DNA from: Camelus ferus
Lineage: Eukaryota
Direction of reading: 5' to 3'
Assembly: GCF_009834535.1 (NCBI RefSeq)
Contig: NC_045697.1
Span: 77,998,001 to 78,062,000 of the forward strand
DNA length: 64,000 nucleotides
In this document: piece by piece, positions 24,150-38,090 of the stretch
Layout of the letters: the number at the start of each line of letters is the position of its first letter
How positions within the stretch are numbered: the first letter of the stretch is position 1
Made by a program: the position numbers and the translations under genes
Notes under the pieces: model-generated
What the model was told of the DNA's origin: nothing
What the model saw: only the letters and a program-made list of their open reading frames with translations
Database searches by the model: none

Positions 24150-26410
24150 AATAATGCTAACATTTCTTAAGCATTTATTATATCCAGATACTTTTCTAAG
24201 CATTTACATGATCAAGTCAATTAATCCTTAGAATAGAGATTATGATTCTTCTTTTAGAGATTTTTAAGACACAAAGAAGTGAGGTAAAGTGCTTAAGTTC
24301 ATCTAGTCAGAAGGGGAAGAGGCAGGCTTCAAAGCCAGACAGCCAGGCTCTGGAAGCAATCCCACCTCTCAGGAGCAGGACCGTCTTTGCTCTCAGCGAA
24401 GCGGCTAGGAGGGCCAGTTGTTCTATCATTCAGTCAACCAAGCAATCAGTCAATACTTTGGACTACATCTTGCTGCAGCAGGAGTCATCAAAACAGTAAA
24501 CGTGAAGCCTCTGCCCTGATAGCTTTGTGGTCATGCATTTCAGGCTCATTCTTAGAAAACATTTCAAGATGGGGTATAATTATGGGCTTTTTTGCATGGT
24601 GTAGTGAGTACCATTTATGCCCAGATACTGAGAATCATTCCAGCCCTCCTGGGGGTGAGTTCTGAGGAAAAAGAAAACATCCTCTGATCTACACCTGTCC
24701 TTCAAATGAAATGATCCCATTTGCCGATCATCTAAGACATCATTTCTGCTCCTTTGAGGAAAAAGCATTCAGGCAAGACTGGCTTGACTGCTCCTGAGGC
24801 AGGGGAAGATTTTTTATGACTGGGGAAAGGATCAAAATGATAATGGTATAATCCTAATAACAGCAGCAATGAAAACTAACATTTATTGAGCACTTATATG
24901 TCACTTGCTGTTCTAACATGTACCTACACTTTTACTCATATACCTATTCTGGGACAAGGGAGGTACTGTTATTATTTATATTTTGCAAATGACAAAACTG
25001 TGGCACAGAGAGAGAAAACAACTTCAGTATTAAAAGGCAAAGTCTGGACTTTTATTTATTTTGCCTTAACAGTCATATAGTTCTTACTCTGTGCTAGGGA
25101 CTGTTTCAAACACTTTACCTTTATATTAACACCTTTAACCCTCATAACACACCCATTTCACACGTAGGGAAACTAAAGCAGAGGGTGATTCAGTAATTTG
25201 TTGAAAGCACACATCCTGGTAGTTCTAACCAGCAGCCTGTTTGATATGGAAGCCTGATTTCCTGACCATCCTACTCTTCAGCCTCTGCTTGATTTTCCTT
25301 CAGGATTTACCAAGACTGCTGGGTTTTGTGATCTAAAAAGTGACATCATTAACAGTAATACCTGCCTTATGGGATTAAATGTGATGGCTTGTGTGAGGCT
25401 TTAGCGCAGGACTCAGCACACTGTAAAGGTTCAATGCGTGTGAATTTAGAATGCTATCAGAATTTACACATTTTTATTTACTTTGGAATTGGAACTAGAT
25501 TCAAATATTTATTTTCCACTTACTAGCTGGGTAGCTTAGGCAATGTATTTAACTTCTCTGTACCTCAGTGTCCTTCCCTGCAGAAGGGAGGAAATAATTG
25601 TATCTATCTCCGAAATTGTTGTGAAGATGAAATGAGACCATCTATTTAAAGAGCAGAGCTCTGTGGCCAGTGCTAAATGAATGTTTGCATCTATTATTAG
25701 GAGAAGTAAGAGAATGGAGTTAAGAGGGACGCAAAGATTGTTTACCATGCAGACTTCATGACGTAGTTAAAGATGGGTGACTCAAGTGGCAGACCCACAA
25801 GTGGGGTTAATAGAGCCATTTGCCAGGAAGACCCCATCATCTGCTGTCATGGCCTCAGAGTACGGGGGAGCCAGGCAGCAGCCCTGGGTTCCAGTCTGCT
25901 CTCTGTGTGGCTCAGGCAAATGATTTAATCACTCTAAGTCTCTGATTCCTCATCTGTGCAATGGGGGTCATTCGCTGCCCTCATGGAGTTGTCAGGAGGA
26001 TTAACTGAGGTACTGCATGTAATTCACTCGGCATACTGCCTGACGAATGATAAACTCCCCGTAAAGGTAACTATCAGGAAGGTGAACAACACAGCCTCCT
26101 GACTTACACAACTGTGTAACCATTTCTGACTAATACGTGGCCTCCTCCCATGCTCCTAAGGACTCTGATTACGAGGCTAGGCCATTTGCTGTCCCTGCTA
26201 CAAGTTTGGCCTTGTAGGCACAGAGTCAGGGGAACTTTAGGACTGGGAAAACAATGGGTAGAGTAGAACAAAATTAGAGAGTGTTTGAGTCGAATGTTTG
26301 CTTTAGTAAGTCAGAAAAATGAGATCATAGCACGTAAGGGACTTGTTCAAGATCAGAGAGCTGAGTTTGATCAGTCAGACCAGAACCTATGTTTTCTGGT
26401 TCCCCTACTT
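24150..26410. mobile_element. Cluster of about seven MIR copies in both orientations
   Basis: Minus copies at about 24150-24360, 24870-25015, 25050-25285 and 26290-26410. Plus copies at about 25345-25445, 25480-25700 and 25860-26075. Each has recognisable MIR core or tail motifs (aacatttattgagcactta; cctcagtgtccttccctgc; cctcatctgtgcaatgggg). Confidence 0.8.
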
Positions 26411-27299
26411 ACGCAAGCAGACTTCTAAGTCATTTTGATTTTATGTTGCTGTGGTGAGAGGTGAGTGCTAAATGCAGCTCTAAGCACTTAAAAGGGTTAA
26501 TATGCTGCCTGAGGCATCAGGGAGTATCTGATTTAATGAATTTTTATTTAGTAAGAACTCATGATCCCACAAATGAAAATTTTATGTGTACAAGTTCTTC
26601 TTTATAAAATGTGGTTAGAACAAATGTAGATACCTCACTCAAGATATGTGAGAGACTATAGATTGTAAAAAAACAGGAACAAACAAAAACCCCCAAACTC
26701 AAAAAAAAAAAAAAAAAAACTATTTCAAAGTAGTAGGGAATCCTCCTAGATTTGAATACTGATTTTTACTAGTGTCAAGAAAAAAGTTATACATTGTCAA
26801 ATGAACTATAGCACTTGAAATTAATTAATACATGTTCTACATGGGAAATCTATACATTGTTTTCAATTTGTTTCAACTCACAGAAAATTTGATCAATTTG
26901 ATAAATTGATTCTGTTTAAGAATCATAATTCTGAAACGGAGAATTGAGTAGGTGATATATTAAATTATCTGGATTAAAGAGGTGTCATCTGTGAGAGAAT
27001 TGCTAAGTCTAGAATTTGTTTTACTTTTAAAAATAAATCTCAGTTTTTACACCAATATTATTGATAATTCAGCCACAGAGAAATCACAGGGTGAACTGCA
27101 CAGTTAAAGGAAGAGCAATATGGAAGGAGATAAGAAAAAGTTCCATTTTAAAGGTAATACAAAATTGCAGCCATGATCTCCAGTGTTTTTTAGAGTAATC
27201 CTTTATAGTTGGAATATTATAATTGTTTAATTGAACAATATGTATTTTGTACTCATAAACCAAAGTGTTCTTATGTTCAAAGATAAAATCTGATCATTT

Positions 27300-28260
27300 G
27301 TACCATTTAGGGTTATGTTTGACCTCAAAGAAAGAAAACAGTCCAAAATAAAAGTAGCTTAACAGCACAGAAATTGATTTTTCTGTCAAATAAGAGAAAT
27401 GTAGATGTAGTCAGTATAGAGTGCAGCCCCAAAGTGCCATCAGGGCCCAGACTCCTATCAGGATGCTCTATCCTCTGTCCAGACACTAGCATCTGGTTAT
27501 TAACCTCTGCTTCTCCTCTTCTTCCATGGTAACGGCACTGTGCTGACCTGCAGCTGTCCAGTTAGACACTGACTTTCCTAGTCTCTCCTGGAGCTGGATG
27601 TGGCCATGGGCGGAGCTCTTGCCTATGGACTGTGAGGAGACACGGTCTAGGCAGCCTTGTCCTCCCTGTCTAAGAGGAGGGCTCTGATGCAGGCCTCCCA
27701 CCCTTCCCCATTTTGGCTTGGTCTGGATGGTGTTAGCTAGAGTGACCTTGGAAGCCACACAACAAAGATGACAGAGCCACCATGAGCCTGAGTCCTTGAC
27801 TGACTGGAGCAAAACTGCCCAATGCCAGAGGCTTCCCTTCGACCTGTTATACAGGAGAGAGGTCATCTGTTTTCTAATTCACCAAGTCTGGGTGTTCTTT
27901 GTTACAGCACCTTAACCTTTGTTAACTAAATTTCATCCTAGGCATGGCTTACGTTCTCAGAGTCGCTTCATGGTCCAGGATGGCTGCTTGGGCTGTCTGT
28001 GTGTGACGGTTCCAGCCATCATATCCACGTTGCAAATCAGGAGGAGGGAAGGCAGAGTGGCAAAGGGCTCTCCCATCTCAGTCAGGTCCTTTCAACAGGC
28101 TTGCTGGAAACCTTCCACTTAACCTCTCATTGGGTGGAACTTGGTCCCATGGTTACACCCAGCTGGAAGGAAGCGGGGAACATAATCTTCATTCTGGGGG
28201 GCAAGATGTCGAAGTGAAAATCAGAGTTCTGTTCCCAAGAAGGATACTGAGGGTAAATGG
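27300..28260 (-). mobile_element. Old MaLR LTR (MLT1K/L-like), interrupted
   Basis: Antisense MLT1 motifs lie on both sides of 27480-27932: gccatcagggcccagactcct; catggtccaggatggctgct; ccagccatcatatccacgtt; catggttacacccagctggaagga. Confidence 0.7.
27480..27932 (+). mobile_element. MaLR LTR (MLT1J-like) nested in the opposite orientation
   Basis: tttcctagtctctcctggagctggatgtggccatg...gtgaccttggaagccac...gagcctgagtccttgactgact...tctttgttacagcaccttaacc. Confidence 0.8.
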
Positions 28261-28426
28261 CTTCCATTCTCTGCCACCGATGCTTTTTTCATTTTCTGGG
28301 AAAAAGGTGAAAGTTAAAGATTCTAACCACCCTGCTGATCAGAGAACCTTAATTACTTGACGCTGAAAAGTATCAATGAGCAATGTAATTATTCTTCTTA
28401 CTAGAAATGATGTTCTTCATGGTGAC

Positions 28427-28466
<40 letters not shown>
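28427..28466 (+). repeat. Compound (GT)n(GA)n microsatellite
   Basis: Seen directly. Confidence 0.95.
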
Positions 28467-29582
28467 TAGGACACACATCTGGGGGAACAGAGATGGGAGG
28501 GTTTGGCGGTGGTAATAAAACTGATGAAGCCTAGTGCTCTAGGATGAGGCTTTTTGTTCTAAGGGGAAAATACAGTCCGTCTAGGATTCAGAGAATGTCA
28601 TCTTCCTCCCGGAGTTGGAGATGTTACAGATGCTGCAGCTTACCCTTGGGAGATGGCCTGCCAAGGGGATCCTGCTCAGCTGATGAAATACATTTCTGGA
28701 TGGCTGTTTGTAGTGTGTTACATTGTAGAGGAGTTTCTCTCTTCTTTTGCAATTTATATGGTTAAGCCCGCAAATAAACTTAGTTTAGGGATTTTCGAAC
28801 TCGCTTCCAGATCCCTATTTAATGTTGACACATACAAGATGTTTGACGTGCCCTTAGAATGTAACATAGCTACTGGATGGTCTGTCTACATGCTCTGGAC
28901 AGTGGTGAGAACCTCAAATCTCCCATCACGTGGGATGTTTTTCCTGGTATCTTTACTGTGAGTAATATTAATCCAAATAAATTCCATGCATACATTCAAC
29001 ACAGTTTTTATTAGAACTGGGTATGAGTCATTTTAACCTCAGATCTCGTGTCCTCTTCCTTTACTAATGCAGTGACTACTAAGATAGGTAAATGAAGAGA
29101 GAATTGAGAAATTCGCTCTTAACTGTCCCTTTCAAACTATCATTAAAACAGACAGTAAGACTTTGATCATTTTTTCATATCTCAAGTTTGAAAGTGATGC
29201 AATAGTCTTAGCATGCCCCAAAGTACACGATTTCTCTGAAGGGGCAGAGACCATTTATTTCTCATGGATTGATATTTTCCTATTAAAGGTAATGTTTCTT
29301 TTAATTACAAACGAGTTCTTACACTTGTCTTAAGAGCAAGTGCTTAAAAAACAGCAGTAATCTATTCATAAGGCTAGTGACTTTGGAGTAGAGAGTCTTT
29401 GGAAGCAATTTTTGGGCTTGTGCCTCCTATTTTTAGGCGTGGCTGGTGACTTAGTGCCTCAGAAACGGGCTTGCAGTTCAGGTGGAACAAGAGCCTCATT
29501 ATTACACTGAAGTTCTGGAAAATCGTTGCAGGTGGAGGAAGAAGGGGACGCTCTGTTTGGGATGACTCTTCAGGGTTGGGTC

Positions 29583-29996
29583 TATGGCAGAAACAGCTGG
29601 CTGTCTTCTGACATCTGCTTTCCCTGGTTTTTGCAGTAAACTTTTTAGCTGGGCACCTGTAACTAGGTGTGCACATGTGATGATATTCTAGCCAGTAAGA
29701 TGTTAATTAGCAAGAGTGCCGTGTGCAACTTCCAGATTGTGGCCTTAAAAGGAAAGGACGTGCCCGTTCCTTCTCCTCTTCCTCTCTCTGCTGGCTGCAG
29801 TGTGGTGGGAGGGACTGCAGCTGGAGCAGCTGTGACTGAGCAACAAGTTAGAAGGAGCCTGGGTTCCTAGTGCCATGAGACTGCCATGCCTGCTGGACTG
29901 GCACTTGAGAGAGAAATGCACTTCCATCTTGTTTAAAAGATGCTGTTTGGTTTGGTCTGTCTACTACAAAAGCCAAACCAATTTATCATGAATACA
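29583..29996 (+). mobile_element. MaLR solo LTR (MLT1J-like)
   Basis: tggcagaaacagctggctg...agaaggagcctgggttcct...gagagagaaatgcacttccatcttgtttaa; ends gaataca. Confidence 0.8.
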
Positions 29997-31019
29997 GGGG
30001 GCGTAGTCCTTCTGTTGGTGCAGTCCCCAAGCCTCGTGGCTCAGCACCAGATTCAACAACTTTCAGTGCAGCCGAGCTTACTCACTTCCTCCCCACCCCA
30101 CGGGAGTCTTCCACTGGGGAGGCATCTCTTCCTGGTCGGTGGTGGGTAGAGCTGAATCCTAGTCTACACCCATGTTTTTCTCTTGCTAACCAAGGAAAAA
30201 CCACCCCAGGTTTTTGGAGAGAATGAGTAGATTTAGAAGGCAGAAGTCTTTGGTCTTGAGTGGATTTCACAATCACTTCCAGGACTACGCAATGCAGTCA
30301 CATCCATCTGATCAATCTGACCCAAAAACCTGCTTTTGTATTGAGATTTTACTCTCCCTGCTCTGTTTCTTCACACAGTGGAGTGTAAGAGGCAGTGTCT
30401 TGGTGGAAAGAGGATTAAGGATTCAGAAAACAGGAGAACTTATCCTGGGTGGGCTATGTCCTAGCATGGTTCTCTGATTCTCAATTTTCCTGGTCAGACA
30501 GGGGTTTTCATATTTTTCCTGAGTGCCTCAATGTATTTACTCCAGTGATGAACCCTTTGGTGCATGGGGATAATGAGGGTAAAAGTGCCCTGGAAATCAT
30601 TAAATCCTTTATCACTGTGAGTTAGGCTGGATCCCCATGAATTTGCTCTTGCGGGCCTCTGGTGAAGGTGTTTTGTTAATTCTCAACCACAGATGTGACT
30701 TGGATTACATTTCTACAGACACTTTACGCAAATCTCTCAATAACTGATATATGTTTACCCTCTTCCCTGCGTAGTCCCCTTCCTCCCGACCCCCACAAGC
30801 AGGTATCTAAATAATTTCTTCAAGTTACTACTTGGCTTTGTCTATAGAAGATGATCTTACAGACCCAGGTCTTCAGAAGTATAAACGTTCATCCAATGGC
30901 ACATAAAAATTATAGACACAGTTCTGGGGTTGAGTAGAATTACGCTCCTTTGAAGGCAAATTTCTGTCTCCTCTGAAGAAAGGAGCTGGTGTTGGTTGCT
31001 TCTTCCTCTCTGCATCCTT

Positions 31020-31170
31020 ATTTTCTGTTTTCCTCTTTCCTAGCACTCATCACTTACTGTGGGTTCACTGAAGAGTAGCAGGTGTTAAGCTTTGTACCTC
31101 AGTACTCAGTACTGTACCAGGCATACAGTAGTTTCTCATTGCATGTATGCTGAATGAATGAATGGATGAA
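31020..31170 (+). mobile_element. L2 3' end
   Basis: cctagcactcatcac...ccaggcatacagtagtttctc...tgaatgaatgaatggatgaa. Confidence 0.7.
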
Positions 31171-32699
31171 GGTAAATTGCTTATTTGGGACAGGCAGTAC
31201 GTCAGGGATAAGACACAGATTCATGTTTGGACTGACTGGTGATTAAATACACTAAGTCAGTCTCACCCATATTATTGAAATTGAGACCTTAGAGGTTTAG
31301 CTTGATAGGATAGGCAGACAGGTTAGAGAAAAAAGGTCAATGAAATAAGTTGATGACCTTGAAGCGGGACGTCTAGCATGGAGAACAGAGGTAAACGTCT
31401 GGGGAAAAGTAGTTTGGGAGCTTGGAACGGGTCTGGTGCTGTGTCAGGCTGACTGCTGCAGCTCTGGGAAATATCTTGTTCAGAACCATACACTTCAGGC
31501 TCTGTAAATAAATCACAGAGAATTATTTATTCCTGCTGTGTCTGTAGGCTTTTTTTTTTTTTTTTTTTGCCACCATATAGGAAAAGCAGACTCCTGTAGA
31601 AAAAGACATTCCTATCTTCCTCAAATATTTTAACAAGTGATCATCTCAGAAGCATTAATTTTTTTTAACCAGACAAAACTTAGGAGGCCTTATCTATTAT
31701 AAATTGCTTTGGGGATAATAATGTTGTTCTGTAACTTCCTTTATTTGATGATTCTTCACCGTTAAGTCGACAGAGAATGTTTAGGTGCCAAGTCATAAAA
31801 GAAAAATCCTTTCAAGCCAGGATCTCAGTGGGTACATAAAAGTGAACAATCAAGAGAAACTTTCATCAAGGGTAATGTTCTAGCAGAATCAGAGAAAACT
31901 TACTTTTTGCTACTTTAGTTCTTCTCTCCCCTCCCCCAAGTTCAACAATGTCACCAGGTTGAAAAACACAGAAAGAGGGAGATTAATCATTAGTAAAAAC
32001 ACACACTTCAGCCCCTGCCCCAACCTTCTGAAATTTGAGTGAGGAAAAAATATGTAACATTTAATCAGAGTGGCTGATTTTTTTCCATTAATGTACAACC
32101 CCCCTTTCCTTTCTCTGCTGCCTTTTGAAGGGAGGAAAAGGTGATTTTTTGGCTCCACTCACGTCTAGTCAACCTTTATCCTCTCCCTCTCCCTTTTCAA
32201 TCTCTAGGGTGTATTTTGGAGAAAAGTCCACCCCCGCACACTGTTCTGGCATTCATTATTTTCTTTACTTTTAGATACTATTGGTTTCAGAAACCAGTCT
32301 CAACACATGACTGAGTTACGTTAGAAAGGAGAATACTATGTTTTGGATCTTTTTCAGGCTTTATACACAAGCTTCCAAGTACAGGCTAAAGATACGTTCC
32401 TTTCTTTGTCTGTTTTCACTCTGCTGCTTTTTCAGTAGTTGGTTATCTTTACTGGCTAAAAGCATTTATTCTAATAAGGGTATCTAAGTCATTTTCTCCT
32501 CTTTTCTGACTCCTTCCTTTTCTTTGTTTTCTTCCTTTCTTCCTTCCTTTTCTCTCTTCCTCCTTTCCTTCCTCCAACTGTCCTCCCCTGTTCAGATTCT
32601 CAGGACTTGCATTAGATGCAAGGATTTCAAAAATTGAGAAGAAAAAAAAAATCCCAGCCTTCAGGAAACACGCAACTCTCCCTAAACTGCCGACTTCCT

Positions 32700-33385
32700 G
32701 GCAGTGGGTGAGTGTCCTTAGAGAGGGTGCAGTCGTGCTCAGGAATGAAGGGCAGGGAAAGCCCTGCCGCCGGGGCTGGAGGTGGAAGGGTTCCCTCTGG
32801 AAGGCAGAAGAACTGAGCCTGTGAGGAATTCTCCAGGAAGGCTGTACAGGGTGGAATGGGAAAGATATTCCATGGAGAGGAAGCAGCAAGCTCAAAGATA
32901 AAAAGAAAATGAGAAGTTTAGGGAAATGCAGATTGGAATAAACATGGAGATTGGCCAGAGATGGGGCCCAGAAGGCCCAGTAAGGCCTGCCAAGGAGTTC
33001 AGAATTTAGACAGTAGGCGTTTGGAGCCACTGATGACTTTTTGAAGTGGAGGGACCTGCCTGGCCAGAGTGTTAAAGCAAAGAGGAAGAAAGTGGGAGAT
33101 GGAGGGAGACAGTAGAGGAGGACTGCAATCGTCCAGGCAAAACTTACAAAGTCCTCAGCGAAGGCAATGGGCGAAGGGTGAAAATGATGAGATGAACCCG
33201 AGGCACACTGGGGGTCCACTGGACGGGATGCAGGAAGAGACGTGGGGGATGGGGGAGCAAGTGGAGTCTCGCAGTTTGGCCAGTTTTCTGTCTTGCGACC
33301 TGCTGCTGTTCTCTGAGCTAGGTAACACAGGAAGTAGAAGAGGTTTTGGGGGAGCAAAGGTGATGAATTCTTGGCATTGAGTCAG
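32700..33385 (-). mobile_element. L2 LINE remnant
   Basis: Purine-rich antisense L2 motifs: ccaaggagttcagaatt...ggagccactgatgacttttt; ggaggactgcaatcgtccaggc; ggtgatgaattc. Confidence 0.75.
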
Positions 33386-36379
33386 ACTAGTCTGTGAAGC
33401 TAACGAGTCATCTTGCCAGTGGAAGCTGTTGCTAGAAAGAAAAACCAGGGGAGATAGTTAAATCAACACAAGAATTCTGGTATGTTGGTGGGAAGGCCAT
33501 TAGGCTGGAAAACCACACAGCCAAGAGTACCTTCATAGACTCCAAGGCAAGGAGCTGGTGAAGGGAAGGAGAACAAACTCAGTATTGGCAAATGTAAGGA
33601 GATATTCCAGTAAGGCGACAGTAATTTAATTACAAAAAATTAATTACCAAAAATTCTAATACTGCTAAATGCTTCTGATACTGCTACTTGAAACTGATGG
33701 AAAAGAAACAATGGAAAACAACTCATCAGGAGCTGATTAGTAGAAAAAGTGATAAAAATACATCTATAGTTCGTACTTTATATCTGGATGAAAGTATTGG
33801 TTGGGGGTTGGTGTTAAAATAACAATAAGATGAATTTTATTAATATATTTCTAAAATATTTTCAGGAGATGAGGAAACTTTATGCCCTACCTTTCCTAAA
33901 TTAAATACACCGTGCATCACATGCCTCCTTTTTCTCTTGGAGTTTCAACCGCGAGAAAACGGCTCCACGATGTTGTCTTTAAACTTCATTTCAGGGGTAA
34001 AGGGAGCTCTTGATGTTCAAAATACTTTGCGGTTACTGAAGCTACCAAAACATAGCCGGCATTGTGGCACGGTCAGTAGCTGAGGACCTACAATCGATCC
34101 TTAAACAGCTCCGAAGAATTTTGGATTTTAGCACTTCCAGGGCTTCATTCAGCCTAGAGCAATTATCTAACCAATTTGGCATCTCTCCAGAGGACGGGTT
34201 ACCAAATTGCCCTGGGTTCATGCTGAACTAGCAGTTATTCCACAAAGATTTTCACTAGTGCTTATCTGCATGTGTGGAATTCCTGTTCAGAGGTTGTTTT
34301 TCTGAGCTGCTTAGTTGAGCCAGATTACAAATTGACTATGTTTGGTGTGAACAGAAACCTATTTACAATGCAGATCTCCCAAGCCACCTTGCTGGTTAAA
34401 TTAAGTTATCTAATAATTTTCCCCTCTATTCTTACATAAAAAAGTCATGTCTATAAAGTTTTTCCCTTTTTAGATTTCGAGTTGTAAAGTAGCAGTGTAG
34501 ACTGCCTTGAAATCTTTGGGAAGTTTAAATTTCTTTCTAGAAATTAAGTATAGGAGTAAATATTACCAGAACTTACTTTAATTGATCTATAAAAAGAAGA
34601 AAGAAGGACCAAAAACTTATTTAAATACTCAAAAAAAGCAAGTTTATCTGAATTACGAGTTTGAGTCTTATTAAATTTGGTGGATTTCTAAAGTTTATGT
34701 TCATAGAATTTTTGTGTTTTCCAGTTAACAGACCTCCTTTTACATTAAACATTAATATGAATTAAATATTACTTCATCATGGAAAGCCTAATGATTTTTT
34801 TTTTGGGGCAAACAGACACCAGGTTTATTTCTTAGACTATATTATTAATTTTGTGTCATCACAGAAGGTAGCCCAGTTTTATTTTGAGATTGGTTTATTT
34901 TCCCTGGACACTTGGGATGAATAGCTCAGCATAACAAATTATTCTATACGCTCTAGTTTCAAGCGTTTAAAGTGGAATCCAAGTTTTAGCATCAGGAACC
35001 AATTAAATGATAGTTAGATCTGACTGAAAAATTAATGGTCCAGAACAGAAACTGTGTCTTTTTTTTTTCTTTTTTTAGTTTTTTTTTCTCCCTAGCATTT
35101 CTGTTTTAAATAAAAATCTGGATGATTCCCAATAAAACACAAAGTGTCATTAAAAAAAAAAAAAGAACGAACTGATATAAATGGAGCCACACCCAGGCTT
35201 AAAAATCACTCAATGGTGATTGCATTCTCAGTATGCTATTAAACACAAGGTGTTTATCAGCCTTCACGGGCTGTTAAGACTTTGGCTACAGAACACAAAG
35301 CACCGTGGGGCAATGAAGACCTGCCATGGTGCGGTGGGTCTTGATGGTGAGTATGACTCTTTAAAAATGATCACTCTGTCGTCTAGCATGATTGCGGTTA
35401 ACATTCGATTTTTGCCATAGAAATCAATCAGACTCAGGTTAGTATTTTGTCCTAATGGGAAATAAATCAGGAGAGAAGAATGTTGATGTTCAGCCCACTA
35501 ACTTAAAACTTGTTAATATGCCTTGACAGAACATGGTGGCCTTAGATTAGATGCTAGTGAGAGGGTTCAGGCTTGAACATTTGGCCACTGCTTCAAGCAC
35601 CCTACACGGTAAGCCAGTGTAGTACCTTTAATCTGGCTCTAATTCAAACCTATCGGTAATCACCGAGCCTGCTCTACTTACTCTGTCAGTCTTTTTGCCA
35701 AAAAAGATTTCATGGGTAGCAGTATCAGAAGCATTTTTGTAATTAAATTATTGTCGCTTCACTGGAAAATCTCCTTACATTTGCAAAGGCTGAATGTGTT
35801 TTCCTTCCCCTCACCCCTTACTTGACTCGTAGTCTACCAAGGCGCTTTTGGCTGGGTGACTTTCCAGCTTAATGGCCTCCTTACCGCAATATTCATTTTG
35901 GTTGGGTTATTCTAGCCATCATTTTCCAGAGACAGTCAAAATCCCTCAACGATGACAGAAGTCATTTGATCATGGGGAATAAGAAATAGAAAGAGCCACA
36001 ATAATTTCTTTAGGACCTTTTCATGGGTTTTAAAGAGAAGAGATTTCAGCGATAAGAATACAAATTCTGTGTTTCCAACCCGAGATACGCCATTTTAACA
36101 TTTTTCCTGAGGGAATTAAATGAGCGTAGTCACTATATGAAAAGCGCCGTTCCCAGGCTGCCACTCACTTCTCTGAGTTCTCATGTATCTTATCACTTTT
36201 CACACGCAGGGTGGTTAAGTATGTGCGTACATATCTATGCCTTCCAAAACATCTTAGCTTCTTCGGGGTTTGTTGTGTTACTTATGTCTGCCCCAGTGTG
36301 GACTGCCTGGCCCATAGCAGGTGCTCATTTTGTATGCATGTTGAAGAGTGGATGAAAATCTTCATTCTGGTCCTTGACT

Positions 36380-36815
36380 CTTGTGCTGCAGGTCCAGATC
36401 TATTCCTCATCCTTCCCCAGCCTTTCCTCTATGCCTCAGGGAAGTTGATCTTAGCAGGCTGCTTCTCAGGCTCCCACACAGTTGCCTTCCTTCTGAGTTT
36501 TGGCAAGAGGAGGCAGCGGTGGGAGACTGAAGGGCAGGAGGAAGGGAGCAACCAAGCTATTTTTTGCATTGGGCTGCTGCACAACCTTTGCGACCCCAGC
36601 CCCTGCTGGACAGGCTGCAGTGATTCCATCTTCTTTGGGGTGACACAATTCTCTGGCCTCGGATAATGCTGCTCCAGCACAAGGAGTGCCTTACTGCTTT
36701 TGCTAATTTCTGGGTTTCTTCACTTTCTCCTGTTTGGTTTCTCAGCAATTCCATCACCTGTGTAACCAATTCCTTGCATTACATTTCCTTGATTTTCAAT
36801 ACTTAGAGTGTGTTC
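36380..36815 (+). mobile_element. ERVL solo LTR (LTR33-like)
   Basis: ttttggcaagaggaggcagcggtgggagactgaagggcaggagga...tccatcacctgtgtaaccaattccttgcattacatt...aatacttagagtg. Confidence 0.7.
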
Positions 36816-37924
36816 AGATCTCTATACTGTGATGCAAAATTGAAATTATACTTCCTGACCTCAAAGCTGCTTAGTAAAGAAGGAATTATCAGGCCCTCTA
36901 GAGGCACACTGTTGCCTGGGATCTTTGCTTACACTGCAGTGTCTCCAAAATGGGCCTCCACTGAGGGGAGAGTCAGAGGTTCCTGTGGGATCTGATGTCC
37001 CCACTTTCTGAAAAAGCCTGATCCTTACACGTTGCTGTGGTATTTTATCCTCACTGTTGTCCTTCTGCTTGGAACCCTGCAGCACTTTGGACAGACCCTT
37101 CCTCCACGGAGCGAAGAAGCAGCCCCAATCTAACAGTTGTTTGGCGGAGTAGGAGCAGGGCCATGGTTCCCAGAGCAACTGGTGGCAGCTCTTACTTACA
37201 GAGGAAAGACTGGGATTCTGATAGTGATACTGCCTGCCCTGGTTCTGAAGGTGGGCGTGGTCTGGGTCTGTTTTAATTGTGTGTCTTGTAGTTGTTGGCA
37301 TACTCTAGTTGGATAGCCTCTGGGATAAGCAAATCGAGTGGCCGAATTCTCTTAGATAGCACCCTCAGATTCTGGCCCTTTAATGAATCTTGTGCATTTT
37401 CACGATGAGCTGTAGATGAATTCAAATGTGCATAGGTTCTTTTTCTCCCTTTTCTCATCTTTATAACCCTTCTTTGATCATACTTCGCTGGGGGATGGGA
37501 AGGAAAAGGAATCTGGCTGACATCAAATTATGAATATTGGTTTAAGTTCTTAACAAGCTTGCATTTCACATGCACAGCTAACCCGCAAAAGCCACTGGAT
37601 TTTCCAATGAGTTAGTTTCAAATCTACAAGAATGAGGGATTTCAGCAAGGATCTCTCCCCTTATTTTCTCCTATGGGTTTGGCCACACAGCCAGGCAATA
37701 GTCAAATGGTCGGCTGCCTATTGTTGGGAAGGGAGTCCTGTAATGTTTGGCATGCACAAATTAGTAAAACATCATACTTCAGTAGCAAGTCTTATTTTTT
37801 ACCGTACACTATCTTGTTTAGTCGGAACAGTAAATTGCTTTTGGGAGAGAAAATGTTATCTGTGTGAATTTAATTGGGCTAAATGATAGGAAAATTTACC
37901 TAGCGTGACTAAATACTTACTTCC

Positions 37925-38090
37925 ACAAGAATTTCAGGACATTAGAGCCAGAAAGGATCTTAGGACTCTCTTGATCCAATGTTTTCATTTTGTGCCTAAG
38001 AAAACTCAGGCTCAGACAGGTTAAGAACAGCTGGCTAGTAGCAGAATGGAGATTAAAATCTGGAATGGTTTTCGTCTTGTTACCTTTCAA
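37925..38090 (-). mobile_element. MIR3 SINE
   Basis: ttagagccagaaaggatcttagg...ttcattttgtgcctaagaaaactcaggctcagacaggttaag. Confidence 0.7.

Noticed and set aside
32449..33357. Longest ORF in the window (302 aa, minus strand)
   Set aside because: It lies over a decayed L2 plus a low-complexity purine/pyrimidine tract. The translation is low-complexity (P/S/L/F-rich, then K/E/R-rich) with no domain motif.
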